Below, in pieces: positions 56,206-64,000 of a DNA stretch of 64,000 nucleotides. The position numbers were made by a program, and so were the translations under genes. The DNA is from Patescibacteria group bacterium (GTDB lineage: Bacteria; Patescibacteriota; Minisyncoccia; Phycocordibacterales; Phycocordibacteraceae). A model generated the notes under the pieces. That model worked only from the letters and a program-made list of their open reading frames with translations, was not told where the DNA came from and did not search any database. The stretch lies in the NCBI GenBank assembly GCA_019752595.1, contig JAIELV010000001.1, positions 489,209 through 553,208 on the forward strand, given 5' to 3'. Positions within the stretch are counted from its first letter, which is position 1. Every line of letters begins with the position of its first letter.

Positions 56206-56871
56206 GTGTACACTTCTTACAAGGATACCATGATGCGTGCCTTGCTATCGACGATTCTCGATGCGCTTCTGCCAAAAAATGTAGACGCAAAGCGTGCGTC
56301 GGCAATTACAGAAACGGATTTGCAGAAATCATTTCATCCGCGCTTAGCGCGCGAGGCGTGGATTATTTCATTCTTTCCGTACAGCAACCCTACGGTACGT
56401 GCGCTTATCCGCGGAGTAAAATTTTACGGGATCACGGCCCCGCTCCCTGCGGTCGGAAGTATCGTGGGCGAATACCTTCTTGAGCATATTTCTGAAAAGA
56501 GATCGTTTGCAGGCTGGAACACTCCCTTATTGGTTCCCATTCCCTCTTCAAAAAAGCGCATGCGTGAACGCGGGTACAACCAAGCGGAACGTTTTGCCTT
56601 TGCACTTCTGCCGACGCTTATGGAATCCGTGGAATTCGCTCCTGAAGTACTCATGCGCGAAGAACGCGAAAGTCAGACACGCATTTCTCGAAAGGAAAGA
56701 GAACATAACGTAGCTGGTGCGTTTTCTGTGTCTGACGCAACAAAAGTTTTTGGCAGACACGTCATTCTTATCGACGACGTGGTGGAAAGCGCAGGAACCA
56801 TGAACGACGCCCGCCGCGCCCTCCTTTCGGCAGGCGCGGCGGATGTGTTCGGTGTCGCTATTGCGCACTAA
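56206..56871 (+). CDS. comF: ComF-family competence protein (phosphoribosyltransferase domain)
   Basis: C-terminal PRTase motif HVILIDDVVESAGT. The ComF-like N-terminal region lacks the Zn-finger cysteines. Divergent from pilM. Confidence 0.65.
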   Translation: MYTSYKDTMMRALLSTILDALLPKNVDAKRASAITETDLQKSFHPRLAREAWIISFFPYSNPTVRALIRGVKFYGITAPLPAVGSIVGEYLLEHISEKRSFAGWNTPLLVPIPSSKKRMRERGYNQAERFAFALLPTLMESVEFAPEVLMREERESQTRISRKEREHNVAGAFSVSDATKVFGRHVILIDDVVESAGTMNDARRALLSAGAADVFGVAIAH

Positions 56872-57698
56872 GCCGAAGGTGCTTCCTCTTCACTTTTTTC
56901 GAAGACTAGAGAAACATCGCCGAAATCAACAGGAAACTCCCCTTGCTGATTTTCAAACTTCACGAGAACCTGATTATTTAAAACTGAGATAACCGTAGCA
57001 GACGAGTCGGGTGGAAGATCCTCGAACTTACCTGCGGTAGCGATTGCAGTCAATCTTGCAAAACTCACCAATACTTTGTCTCCCCGAAGATACACCTTCC
57101 CTACAAGTTTCTCGTCCCGTGAACGAAAATCACGGATAACCATATCTATCGTGTCGCGCTCAAAAGCACGATCGCCTTGCATATCTGCATGAGAGAGCGG
57201 GCGAAGCTGTTTTTCTTCTTTTTCTGCCTCCGCAAGACTTGCCTCATCACCTGCTGCTTTAAGCGCCGCAACTTCGCTCAAAACGCGCTCGCGGTTTCGG
57301 AGCACCCATCGCTCATGATTCGTAGCAGCTACCGCTTCAATGAATTTGTCGTCAAGCGGAATGCCGTCCCGAAGTGCGGCTTCAACACGTTCATACGGGA
57401 AACGAATATCTTCGACAATGTCTTCGCGTCTGCTGGGTGGAAGTTGATGGAACAAGAGTGCCCGTATATCAACACCAATGCGACCCCCCGACATTTTCTG
57501 AGTAAACATCCTGTTCTTTGAAAGCCACTGCTTATCCATTATCGGATCAAGCTCCAAAATTTTTGGTTCTGCAGGTTGCCCACCAGTCTCCCTAATTTCT
57601 GCACTGCGCTTGAGTATCGGTTCATCGTGCCGAGCTTTACCTAAACGTTCAGCGGCTACTGCGCTTTCAGGAACCACTATTGCTTCTCTTTTTGACAT
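56868..57698 (-). CDS. hypothetical protein
   Basis: ORF only. Charged, Arg/Glu-rich. The likely start is MSKREAIV. Confidence 0.35.
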   Translation of the reverse strand: MSKREAIVVPESAVAAERLGKARHDEPILKRSAEIRETGGQPAEPKILELDPIMDKQWLSKNRMFTQKMSGGRIGVDIRALLFHQLPPSRREDIVEDIRFPYERVEAALRDGIPLDDKFIEAVAATNHERWVLRNRERVLSEVAALKAAGDEASLAEAEKEEKQLRPLSHADMQGDRAFERDTIDMVIRDFRSRDEKLVGKVYLRGDKVLVSFARLTAIATAGKFEDLPPDSSATVISVLNNQVLVKFENQQGEFPVDFGDVSLVFEKSEEEAPSA

Positions 57699-57794
57699 AT
57701 TCAATATTATATCAAATTTACCAACAAAGTCAAACACACATACAGGGAAGCATTCCCCCATGCCCCACTCGAGACACTGGTTATTTCTTTTCTT

Positions 57795-58097
57795 CTATTT
57801 AGGAATCCACTTTTTTGCAACGAGACCGTCGCGCATTGTGCTAAATCCTTGCTCTATCACAGGCCACGATGTTCCTTTCAACGCAGGCACTACCGCGCCA
57901 GCAGCAATCATTGCCTTTATCCTTGCCACGTCAGCGGCAGCTTTTGTGTACGTAAAGAAAGCATCTTCCTTGTCAGTCGTCCGTCTGAGAAGCTCTATTC
58001 TTTCTGCAACATTAATCATGAGCGTGCGCAGGGCTTCTGCCTGTCGCTCTAATGAGAGAACTACTTTCTCTGCTTGCGGTGCTCCTTGGTCAGCCAT
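57795..58097 (-). CDS. hypothetical small protein
   Basis: 100-aa ORF. No motif. Confidence 0.3.
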   Translation of the reverse strand: MADQGAPQAEKVVLSLERQAEALRTLMINVAERIELLRRTTDKEDAFFTYTKAAADVARIKAMIAAGAVVPALKGTSWPVIEQGFSTMRDGLVAKKWIPK

Positions 58098-58191
58098 ATA
58101 TTTTTTTGATTAGGCTGGTATATAACCACTGTACGCTTCGCCCAAAAATGTACAAGAAGGACTTTTAGGGCTTACCTAAAGCCTCAATTTC

Positions 58192-59217
58192 CTAGCTACC
58201 GCACACCGTCTTCAAGAGAGCGGCGGTCACTTCGTAGGGGTCCATGTTCGCTGCAGGGCGACGGTCTTCTAAATATCCTGCTTTCGCATCCGCAGTTGCC
58301 ATCGGAATACGAATTGATGCTCCACGATCTGAAATACCGTAACGGAATTCATTAATAGAGCAGGTTTCATGCTTCCCTGTGAGACGAAGTTCATTGCCCG
58401 CGCCATACACCGCAATATGCTCGAAGTGTTTGCGTTTCAGTTTTTCGCATGCCGCCTTTATGACGGTCAGTCCACCTTTTGCGCGCATTGCTTTCGTAGA
58501 GAAGTTGGTGTGACACCCTGCGCCGTTCCAGTCTCCGACAACAGGTTTCGGTGCAAGCGAAACTACAATGTCATACTCTTCCGCAACTCTGTGCAACAAC
58601 CAGCGTGAAATCCATAACTGATCTGCAACTTCCAAAGGTCCAAGTGGCCCTACCTGAAATTCCCACTGCCCTGGCATCACTTCAGCATTTATTCCTGAAA
58701 GTTTAATTCCTGCTTTGAGGCAGAGCGCCATATGATCCTCAACTAAATCGCGCCCTGAAATATTTTTTGCGCCGACACCGCAGTAGTACGGACCTTGAGG
58801 CCCTGGGAAACCTGAATCAGGAAAGCCGAGCGGCTTTCCGTCCTGAAACAGCGTATATTCCTGTTCGATACCAAACCACGCTTCCTGCTTCACGTGTTTC
58901 TTTGCTACCTCGCGCAGTTGCGCGCGTGTGTTGGTTGGATGCACGTTACCGTTTGCTTCAAAAACTTCGCACATCACCAAGAGGTGCGGCGCTCCGCGGA
59001 TGGGATCGGGCAAGAAAAAAACCGGCTTTAACCGGCAATCACTAAACTTTCCTTCAGCCTGTTCCGTTGAGGATCCGTCGAATCCCCACTCAGGCAAATC
59101 ACTTATCTTTGTAACAGGTCCGTTTATAATTTTTGTCTTGCTTCTGAGCTGAGCGGTTGGCTTTTGACCGTCGAGCCAGATGTACTCAAGCATCACACTA
59201 GTTTTTAATGTTGGCAT
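58192..59217 (-). CDS. glnA: glutamine synthetase, type II (eukaryote-like, ~340 aa)
   Basis: N-terminal EYIWLDG and the central/C-terminal GS catalytic blocks. Its length fits GSII rather than the ~470-aa GSI. Confidence 0.75.
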   Translation of the reverse strand: MPTLKTSVMLEYIWLDGQKPTAQLRSKTKIINGPVTKISDLPEWGFDGSSTEQAEGKFSDCRLKPVFFLPDPIRGAPHLLVMCEVFEANGNVHPTNTRAQLREVAKKHVKQEAWFGIEQEYTLFQDGKPLGFPDSGFPGPQGPYYCGVGAKNISGRDLVEDHMALCLKAGIKLSGINAEVMPGQWEFQVGPLGPLEVADQLWISRWLLHRVAEEYDIVVSLAPKPVVGDWNGAGCHTNFSTKAMRAKGGLTVIKAACEKLKRKHFEHIAVYGAGNELRLTGKHETCSINEFRYGISDRGASIRIPMATADAKAGYLEDRRPAANMDPYEVTAALLKTVCGS

Positions 59218-59266
59218 AGTCTGATTCTATACCAAGAACTAAGAAGTACGGGTGTGGAGAAAATCC

Positions 59267-59920
59267 CTATACACCAAGTAGCAATTTGACCCCGAGAATC
59301 AGCCCAACGACAAGAAAAACAAGGCGAATAAAGGAATTTCCCTTTAATTTGCCAAGCTTCGAACCAAGCCACGCACCAATTAAGGAGCCTGCAACCGCCG
59401 CAACCATAACAGGCAAATCAAAATATCCTTTCTGTATAAAAAGAGCAGCGGCAAACACACACCATAAAAATGCCGCCGCGAAGTAATAGCCAAGCGAAGC
59501 GACGAAATCAAAACCACGTGTAAAAAATCCGATAATGACAAAGACTATGCCGTTTCCTGCCCCAAAAATACTTTCATAAAAACCCATGAGGAGTGCGCCT
59601 GGGTACGCAAGCATTTGGCGTATTTTCGAATACGCACGTGCAGCTCCCATACCCATATCTTTTTTGAAATAGGTATACGTCACTAACGCAAGAATAATCA
59701 CACCAACGATAAGTTCCAGCGTTCTTTCGGGTACCGCGAGTACAAAAAGCACGCCGACGTACACACCAACGAGCCCAAGGAGGCTGAAAAGAATTAAAAA
59801 CGTCCAATCTATCTTTCTGTCGTGCAAATAGTTGTACGCCGCGGGTAATACCCAAAATGCAGAACTTACTTTTTGTACTGCAGTCGCCAAAGGGAACGAC
59901 ATACCGAGCGCAAGAAACAC
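59267..59920 (-). CDS. TauE/SafE (TSUP)-family membrane transporter with a disrupted 5' end
   Basis: 7-8 TM protein. The reading frame continues in-frame upstream of the GTG start to 60019 and encodes ...LIATFLSALSGGGASIINLPVF (a TauE GxGGG motif). No canonical start codon precedes the in-frame stop at 60020-60022. Confidence 0.5.
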   Translation of the reverse strand: MFLALGMSFPLATAVQKVSSAFWVLPAAYNYLHDRKIDWTFLILFSLLGLVGVYVGVLFVLAVPERTLELIVGVIILALVTYTYFKKDMGMGAARAYSKIRQMLAYPGALLMGFYESIFGAGNGIVFVIIGFFTRGFDFVASLGYYFAAAFLWCVFAAALFIQKGYFDLPVMVAAVAGSLIGAWLGSKLGKLKGNSFIRLVFLVVGLILGVKLLLGV

Positions 59921-59954
59921 AGGGAGATTAATTATCGAAGCGCCTCCACCCGAA

Positions 59955-60713
59955 AGCGCAGAAAGAAAAGTTGCAATCAGTGTCGTAAAGAAGATATTCG
60001 AGAAGATTGCATACGAACATTATTCAGGCAGGAAGATATATAACTGGCTGAAGTTTGAACTAAACTTTCATACGCGAGGAAACAAGCCACTGACCTTAAG
60101 TGGTGTATATCGCATTATCGATAACCCCTTCTATTACGGACCGTTCGAGTATCCGAGAGAAAGTGGAAACTGGTATCAAGGCAAACACACGCCACTGATT
60201 ACACAAGAACTGTTCGAGAAAGCTCAAGCCCAATTAAAGCGAGACAAGATAGTGCGCGAGAACAAAGAATTCGCCTTCACTAAACTATTTACCTGCGGAT
60301 ACTGCCAAAGCGGAATATCGGCTGAGGAGAAATGGAAGCCACTAAAGGATGGAACATCAGCACACTATATTTACTACGGATGCAGTCGTGCGAGAGACAG
60401 AAACTGCAAGAATAAATACATACGTGAGGAAGAGCTGATAGATGAGCTACTCAAAATCATGGACGTAGTGAATATCAATGAGTTGGGCATGAGACAAAAG
60501 CTTGAAGACGAAATACGACGATTCAACAAACTACAGAAGATTGTGAATGGTAAATCAGGTAACTCACTGGTGGAGGAAGATGACGTGAACATCAGACAGT
60601 ATGCGAAGTACTTACTGAAGGAAGGAAGCACATCAGACAAAAGAGAATTACTCGCCAACCTACGAAGCAGATTGAACTACAAAGACAAAAAGATAACGAT
60701 GATTGAGGAGTAG
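59955..60713 (+). mobile_element. remnant of a large serine recombinase gene (recombinase and zinc-beta-ribbon domains present; N-terminal catalytic resolvase domain absent)
   Basis: …VVKKIFEKIAYEHYSGRKIYNWLK…GVYRIIDNPFYYGPFEY…FTCGYCQSGI…YIYYGCSRARDRNCKNKYIREEELIDELL matches the recombinase and Zn-ribbon modules of large serine recombinases. The ORF-track N-terminal ~40 aa lie antisense to the TauE gene, lack the catalytic Ser region, and are not credible. Confidence 0.55.
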
Positions 60714-60800
60714 GATTATTCACAGGTGTTTGTTGACATATAGGGGGTAGGGGTATAGCGTATTAGTAAGGGCCGATAATTACTAATAACTTACAAACCC

Positions 60801-61073
60801 ATGGTTGATCAAAAAATAAAGAAAAGGGCGCTACATCGGGCGAAGATCCTCAAGGGGCAATTCGACGGTCTTATCAAGGCTATTGAGAAAGAGGAGTATT
60901 GTCCTACATTACTGGAACAATCCCTTTCCATTCAAAAGTCGCTCAAAAGCCTCGACAGTTTTCTACTCGAAAATCACTTGCGCTCGCATGTGAAGCATCA
61001 AATGCAAAGCAAGGGTGAGGATGAGAAAGCGGTCAAAGAATTAATTAGAATTTATAACTTGTCTAATAAGTAA
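60801..61073 (+). CDS. CsoR/RcnR/FrmR-family metal-sensing transcriptional repressor
   Basis: RAKILKGQFDGL (RxxRIxGQ), C in YCPTLLEQ, and H-x3-H in ENHLRSHV: the fingerprint of the DUF156 metal-sensor family. Confidence 0.7.
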   Translation: MVDQKIKKRALHRAKILKGQFDGLIKAIEKEEYCPTLLEQSLSIQKSLKSLDSFLLENHLRSHVKHQMQSKGEDEKAVKELIRIYNLSNK

Positions 61074-61081
61074 CAAAATAT

Positions 61082-61300
61082 ATGAAGCTATCGAAATTAA
61101 TGCATGTCGCGAGTGTTATTACTGGCTTTATTGGAGTCATCATTTTCCTCATTGCCGTTTTTGGTAGTGCTGACGCAATCTTCGGCATTACAAAGATGGA
61201 TGCACTTGCTTGCAGTGCCATTCTTATCCTCATCGCTACATGGACTCAGGTCGCTACCATTCATCACATGATGCTTGAGAAGAGCAGTCAGATTATTTAG
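61082..61300 (+). CDS. small membrane protein (2 TM), hypothetical
   Basis: 72 aa, hydrophobic, with a C-terminal HHMM. Confidence 0.35.
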   Translation: MKLSKLMHVASVITGFIGVIIFLIAVFGSADAIFGITKMDALACSAILILIATWTQVATIHHMMLEKSSQII

Positions 61301-61320
61301 CAGATTAAATCCACATATCT

Positions 61321-61479
61321 ATGTCCTGTAAAAAATGTGATGGTGAGACGGAGGAATACAAGTGTGATATGTGCGGTGCGGAAGCCCGAGAGCATGATTC
61401 TACGCACAAATGCGGCGGTGATCACTGCATGCCGAAGTGCAAGGCGTGTTCGGAGGCAGAGACGAAGTGTTCGTGTTAG
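61321..61479 (+). CDS. Cys-rich microprotein (52 aa, 10 Cys), metallothionein-like
   Basis: Not in the ORF track. Manual translation: MSCKKCDGETEEYKCDMCGAEAREHDSTHKCGGDHCMPKCKACSEAETKCSC*. It sits between the CsoR-like repressor and the multicopper oxidase. Confidence 0.4.
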   Translation: MSCKKCDGETEEYKCDMCGAEAREHDSTHKCGGDHCMPKCKACSEAETKCSC

Positions 61480-61521
61480 ATTTGAAAGTTTACTATTACG
61501 CAGCAGCTAAGATAAAACACC

Positions 61522-63069
61522 ATGAATAACAAACAACTATACATCGGGGGCGCGATCGTGGTGGTTCTTGCTGCAATTGCCACTGTCGCGTGGATTAAGC
61601 CGGGGCAGCAGACGCCGTCTGTCACACAAAGCCAGATTGTTGAACTCAAAAACGGCGATACCTATGATCTCGTGGCTTCTCCCATCACGAAAGATATCGG
61701 AGGAAAAACTTATACCATGCTCGCATATAACGGTTCGATTCCAGGACCGCTTATCAAAGTAGCGCAGGGCGCAGAGGTGACAATAAATTTTACCAATGAC
61801 ACGGGCATGAAGACGCTGCTTCATTCACACGGCGTACGAATGGATAACGCTTTCGATGGTTCCCAAACTTCGCAAGATGAAATGGAGCCGGGTGAGACGT
61901 TCTCATACAAGTTGAAATTCCCCGACGCTGGAGTGTATTGGTACCACCCGCACGTGCGTGAAGATCTACAGCAGGAGCTGGGACTTTACGGTAACTACTT
62001 CGTCGTTCCAAAGAGTGCTGACTATTGGTCGCCAGTGAATCGCGAAGTCGTCTTATTCCTCGATGACATCCTGATTGAGAACGACAGGATCAATCTAAGT
62101 ACGAAAGGGGCTGACCGAACGCTCATGGGCCGATTCGGTAACGTGATGCTCTTAAATGGCGAGGATGACTACGCTCTCAATGCGAAAAGAGGAGAGATTG
62201 TGCGTATGTACATTACTAATGCCTCAAATGTTCGTCCGTTCAACTTCGCAATCAAGGGCATGAGGATAAAGCTTGTCGGTGCGGACGGAGGTGCGTATGA
62301 AAAGGAGAACTGGGTAGACAGTGTGGTTTTGGGGCCGTCTGAGCGCACGATTGTTGAAATGCTTTTCGACAAGTCGGGGACGTATACAATAGTGAACCAA
62401 ACACCCTCAAAGACATACGGGCTCGGAAAGGTGGTGGTCTTTGATGAATCAATTATGCAGTCGTATGCAGCGGATTTTGGGACACTCCGCTCGCACCAGG
62501 AGACAATAGAAAGTATTGATCCCCTCCGTTCAATATTCAACAAAATACCGGACAAACGCCTCTCTCTTACGGTCGACATGATGGGAGGGATGATGACTGG
62601 CGCGGGGGGCCACATGATGCCTGGCGGGCAGATGATGGGCGGTACGAATATGGGAGGAATTCCAGAAGGAGGCATTGAATGGGAGGACTCCGATATGCAA
62701 ATGATGAATCAGATGTCGAACACCGACATGGTCGATTGGAATATTGTTGATCAGGATACCGGAAAGAAAAATATGGATATTGACTGGGCGTTCAAACGCG
62801 GCGCGCCAGTGAAAATCCGTATTTTCAACGACCCGAAATCGCCACATCCAATGCAACACCCTATCCACTTTCACGGTCAGCGATTTCTCGTAGTTACACG
62901 TGATGGCATACCGCAAACCAACCTTGTGTGGAAAGACACAGTGTTAGTGAAAGCTGGAGAAACAGTTGATATAGTGCTCGACACCTCTAACCCTGGTATC
63001 TGGATGGCACATTGCCATATAGCAGAACATCTCGAAGCTGGAATGATGATGAAGTTTGAGGTAAAGTAG
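61522..63069 (+). CDS. multicopper oxidase (CueO/laccase-like) with Met-rich insert
   Basis: Signal/TM N-terminus. Copper-ligand motifs HSHGV, WYHPH, HPIHFHG and HCHIAEHLEAGMM. Met-rich segment MMGGMMTGAGGHMMPGGQMMGGTNMGG. Confidence 0.85.
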   Translation: MNNKQLYIGGAIVVVLAAIATVAWIKPGQQTPSVTQSQIVELKNGDTYDLVASPITKDIGGKTYTMLAYNGSIPGPLIKVAQGAEVTINFTNDTGMKTLLHSHGVRMDNAFDGSQTSQDEMEPGETFSYKLKFPDAGVYWYHPHVREDLQQELGLYGNYFVVPKSADYWSPVNREVVLFLDDILIENDRINLSTKGADRTLMGRFGNVMLLNGEDDYALNAKRGEIVRMYITNASNVRPFNFAIKGMRIKLVGADGGAYEKENWVDSVVLGPSERTIVEMLFDKSGTYTIVNQTPSKTYGLGKVVVFDESIMQSYAADFGTLRSHQETIESIDPLRSIFNKIPDKRLSLTVDMMGGMMTGAGGHMMPGGQMMGGTNMGGIPEGGIEWEDSDMQMMNQMSNTDMVDWNIVDQDTGKKNMDIDWAFKRGAPVKIRIFNDPKSPHPMQHPIHFHGQRFLVVTRDGIPQTNLVWKDTVLVKAGETVDIVLDTSNPGIWMAHCHIAEHLEAGMMMKFEVK

Positions 63070-63101
63070 AAATTCTGGGACAGATTCCCCACAGAGCAAC
63101 C

Positions 63102-63464
63102 ATGCTAAACAAACAAAAAAAGAGAATAGGGATACTGATGCTGTCATTGCTCGTTTTTTCAACGATGCATATAAATGTAGTGCTCGCCGCCCAAAGTTTT
63201 GGCGATGCTCAAATTCCAATAGACCATCATGCGCAATCACACGAGACTCAAGAGAGCGATCATTTTTCATGCGCAAATGACCTGCATGAAGCGCTCAATC
63301 ACCGCACCGATACGGAACATCATGACAATCTGGTTGATTGTCCAGTCGCACAAATTTCAACACCTCTTCCGGAGTCACTTCAAACATTCATCTGGACGTA
63401 TTCGCTTGAAGAGTTTTCAAGAAAACCGATAACACTCACGCATAATATTGCTCTCCTGATCTAG
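63102..63464 (+). CDS. secreted His-rich hypothetical protein (putative metal-binding)
   Basis: Signal peptide. 12 His in a 90-aa mature region (DHHAQSHETQESDHF...HRTDTEHHDN) and 2 Cys. Confidence 0.4.
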   Translation: MLNKQKKRIGILMLSLLVFSTMHINVVLAAQSFGDAQIPIDHHAQSHETQESDHFSCANDLHEALNHRTDTEHHDNLVDCPVAQISTPLPESLQTFIWTYSLEEFSRKPITLTHNIALLI

Positions 63465-63531
63465 ACCATAGAAGTCTGGTTTTTCGCTACCTCTTTTGGG
63501 GTAGTTTATTTTGTTAACTAATTAAACTTCT

Positions 63532-63759
63532 ATGAACAAAACACTCTTAGTACTTATTGCAGGGATAGTAATTATAGCCGGAATCATCGGATACATGTTT
63601 CTTGGCGGTTCAAAAAACGAAGCGGCTCACACCGCTGGAGACGGACACACAGAGGCGCAACATACAGAAGCGTTGCCACATGACGACACGGGAACAGCGG
63701 CACACGGTAGCGAAGCTACGCCTCACGACGATACTGGAACAGCTCCTCATCAGGATTAA
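63532..63759 (+). CDS. small membrane-anchored His-rich protein with PHDDTGTA(A/P)H repeats
   Basis: N-terminal TM helix, then HT(A/E)…H motifs and two LPHDDTGTAAH/TPHDDTGTAPH repeats. Confidence 0.4.
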   Translation: MNKTLLVLIAGIVIIAGIIGYMFLGGSKNEAAHTAGDGHTEAQHTEALPHDDTGTAAHGSEATPHDDTGTAPHQD

Positions 63760-63771
63760 TTACATCCTCAT

Positions 63772-64000
63772 ATGAAGATCTACATACCTAGTGCCCTACA
63801 GGGCGCGTGGAGCTTGTTTCTTAAGCAAGAACTCGCTGTGCGCATCGCATCAGGAATATTTATAGTGTTACTTGGCGCTCTTGGAACAATCGTGCTCCTG
63901 CCCAAGCAACAAGCTGAAACTACCTCGCAAGTTCAAACTACAATCAGTCTCGCTACACAAACAGTGGGAGCAGAAAGCGAGGCGTTTTCGACTGCCGCAT
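63772..64000 (+). CDS. hypothetical membrane-anchored protein, 3' end beyond window
   Basis: ATG at 63772. MKIYIPSALQGAWSLFLKQELAVRIASGIFIVLLGALGTIVLL. No stop before the window end. Confidence 0.3.
   Translation, partial: MKIYIPSALQGAWSLFLKQELAVRIASGIFIVLLGALGTIVLLPKQQAETTSQVQTTISLATQTVGAESEAFSTAA

Noticed and set aside
59832-59954. N-terminal ~40 aa of the ORF-track recombinase ORF (MYAAGNTQNAELTF...)
   Set aside because: Antisense to the TauE coding sequence. It lacks the resolvase catalytic Ser region. Homology begins only at ~59955, so it is treated as read-through into a remnant.

Overview
This 64-kb window looks like a gene-dense bacterial chromosome segment, and almost every gene between ~2.7 kb and ~59.9 kb is on the minus strand. 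It appears to come from a small, streamlined genome. Many small membrane proteins, the GatCA amidotransferase, a type II glutamine synthetase, and a complete type IV pilus/competence set are compatible with a Patescibacteria/CPR-like organism, but that is inference from content only.

What the window contains:
- **Housekeeping genes:** pyrG, ftsE, ftsX, prfB, gatA, gatC, ligA, an IMP dehydrogenase/GMP reductase-family enzyme, an RsuA-like pseudouridine synthase and glutamine synthetase.
- **Type IV pilus/competence cluster (~43.5-56.9 kb):** pilM, pilN, pilO, pilB, a CheY-like response regulator, pilT, pilC, pilA and pilD, followed by four minor pilin-like genes. One pilin-like gene has a Cys-rich domain and a C-terminal (S-x-YYAQ)n tandem repeat. 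comF is divergent from pilM, and a TfoX-N-domain gene sits at 21.4 kb.
- **Extracytoplasmic thiol-disulfide module (14.5-17.0 kb):** a TlpA-like redoxin, CcdA, and a thioredoxin carrying Met-rich DAMMEKDG repeats.
- **Metal-homeostasis block at the right end (60.8-64 kb):** a CsoR/RcnR-family repressor, a small membrane protein, an unannotated 52-aa Cys-rich microprotein, a Met-rich multicopper oxidase and two His-rich secreted proteins. It lies immediately next to a large serine recombinase remnant that abuts a 5'-disrupted TauE/SafE permease gene.
- **tRNA-rich region (~30.6-37.8 kb):**
  - five tRNA genes: Gln-CUG, Thr-CGU, Thr-GGU, Asp-GUC and Met/Ile-CAU;
  - tRNA 3'-end duplications and fragments (att-scar-like);
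  - hairpin-rich repeats;
  - an HNH endonuclease gene;
  - a candidate structured minus-strand RNA with a tRNA-like 3' end followed by a terminator (tmRNA-like topology).
- **Other repeats:**
  - a three-copy GC-rich hairpin-plus-leader cassette in intergenic spacers of minus-strand operons;
  - a ~45-bp repeat family, one copy of which lies inside a coding N-terminus;
  - identical 30-bp palindromes flanking an arsR-family gene.

No CRISPR array, rRNA or obvious restriction-modification or toxin-antitoxin genes were seen. All calls are from reading the sequence and translations, and no database searches were run.
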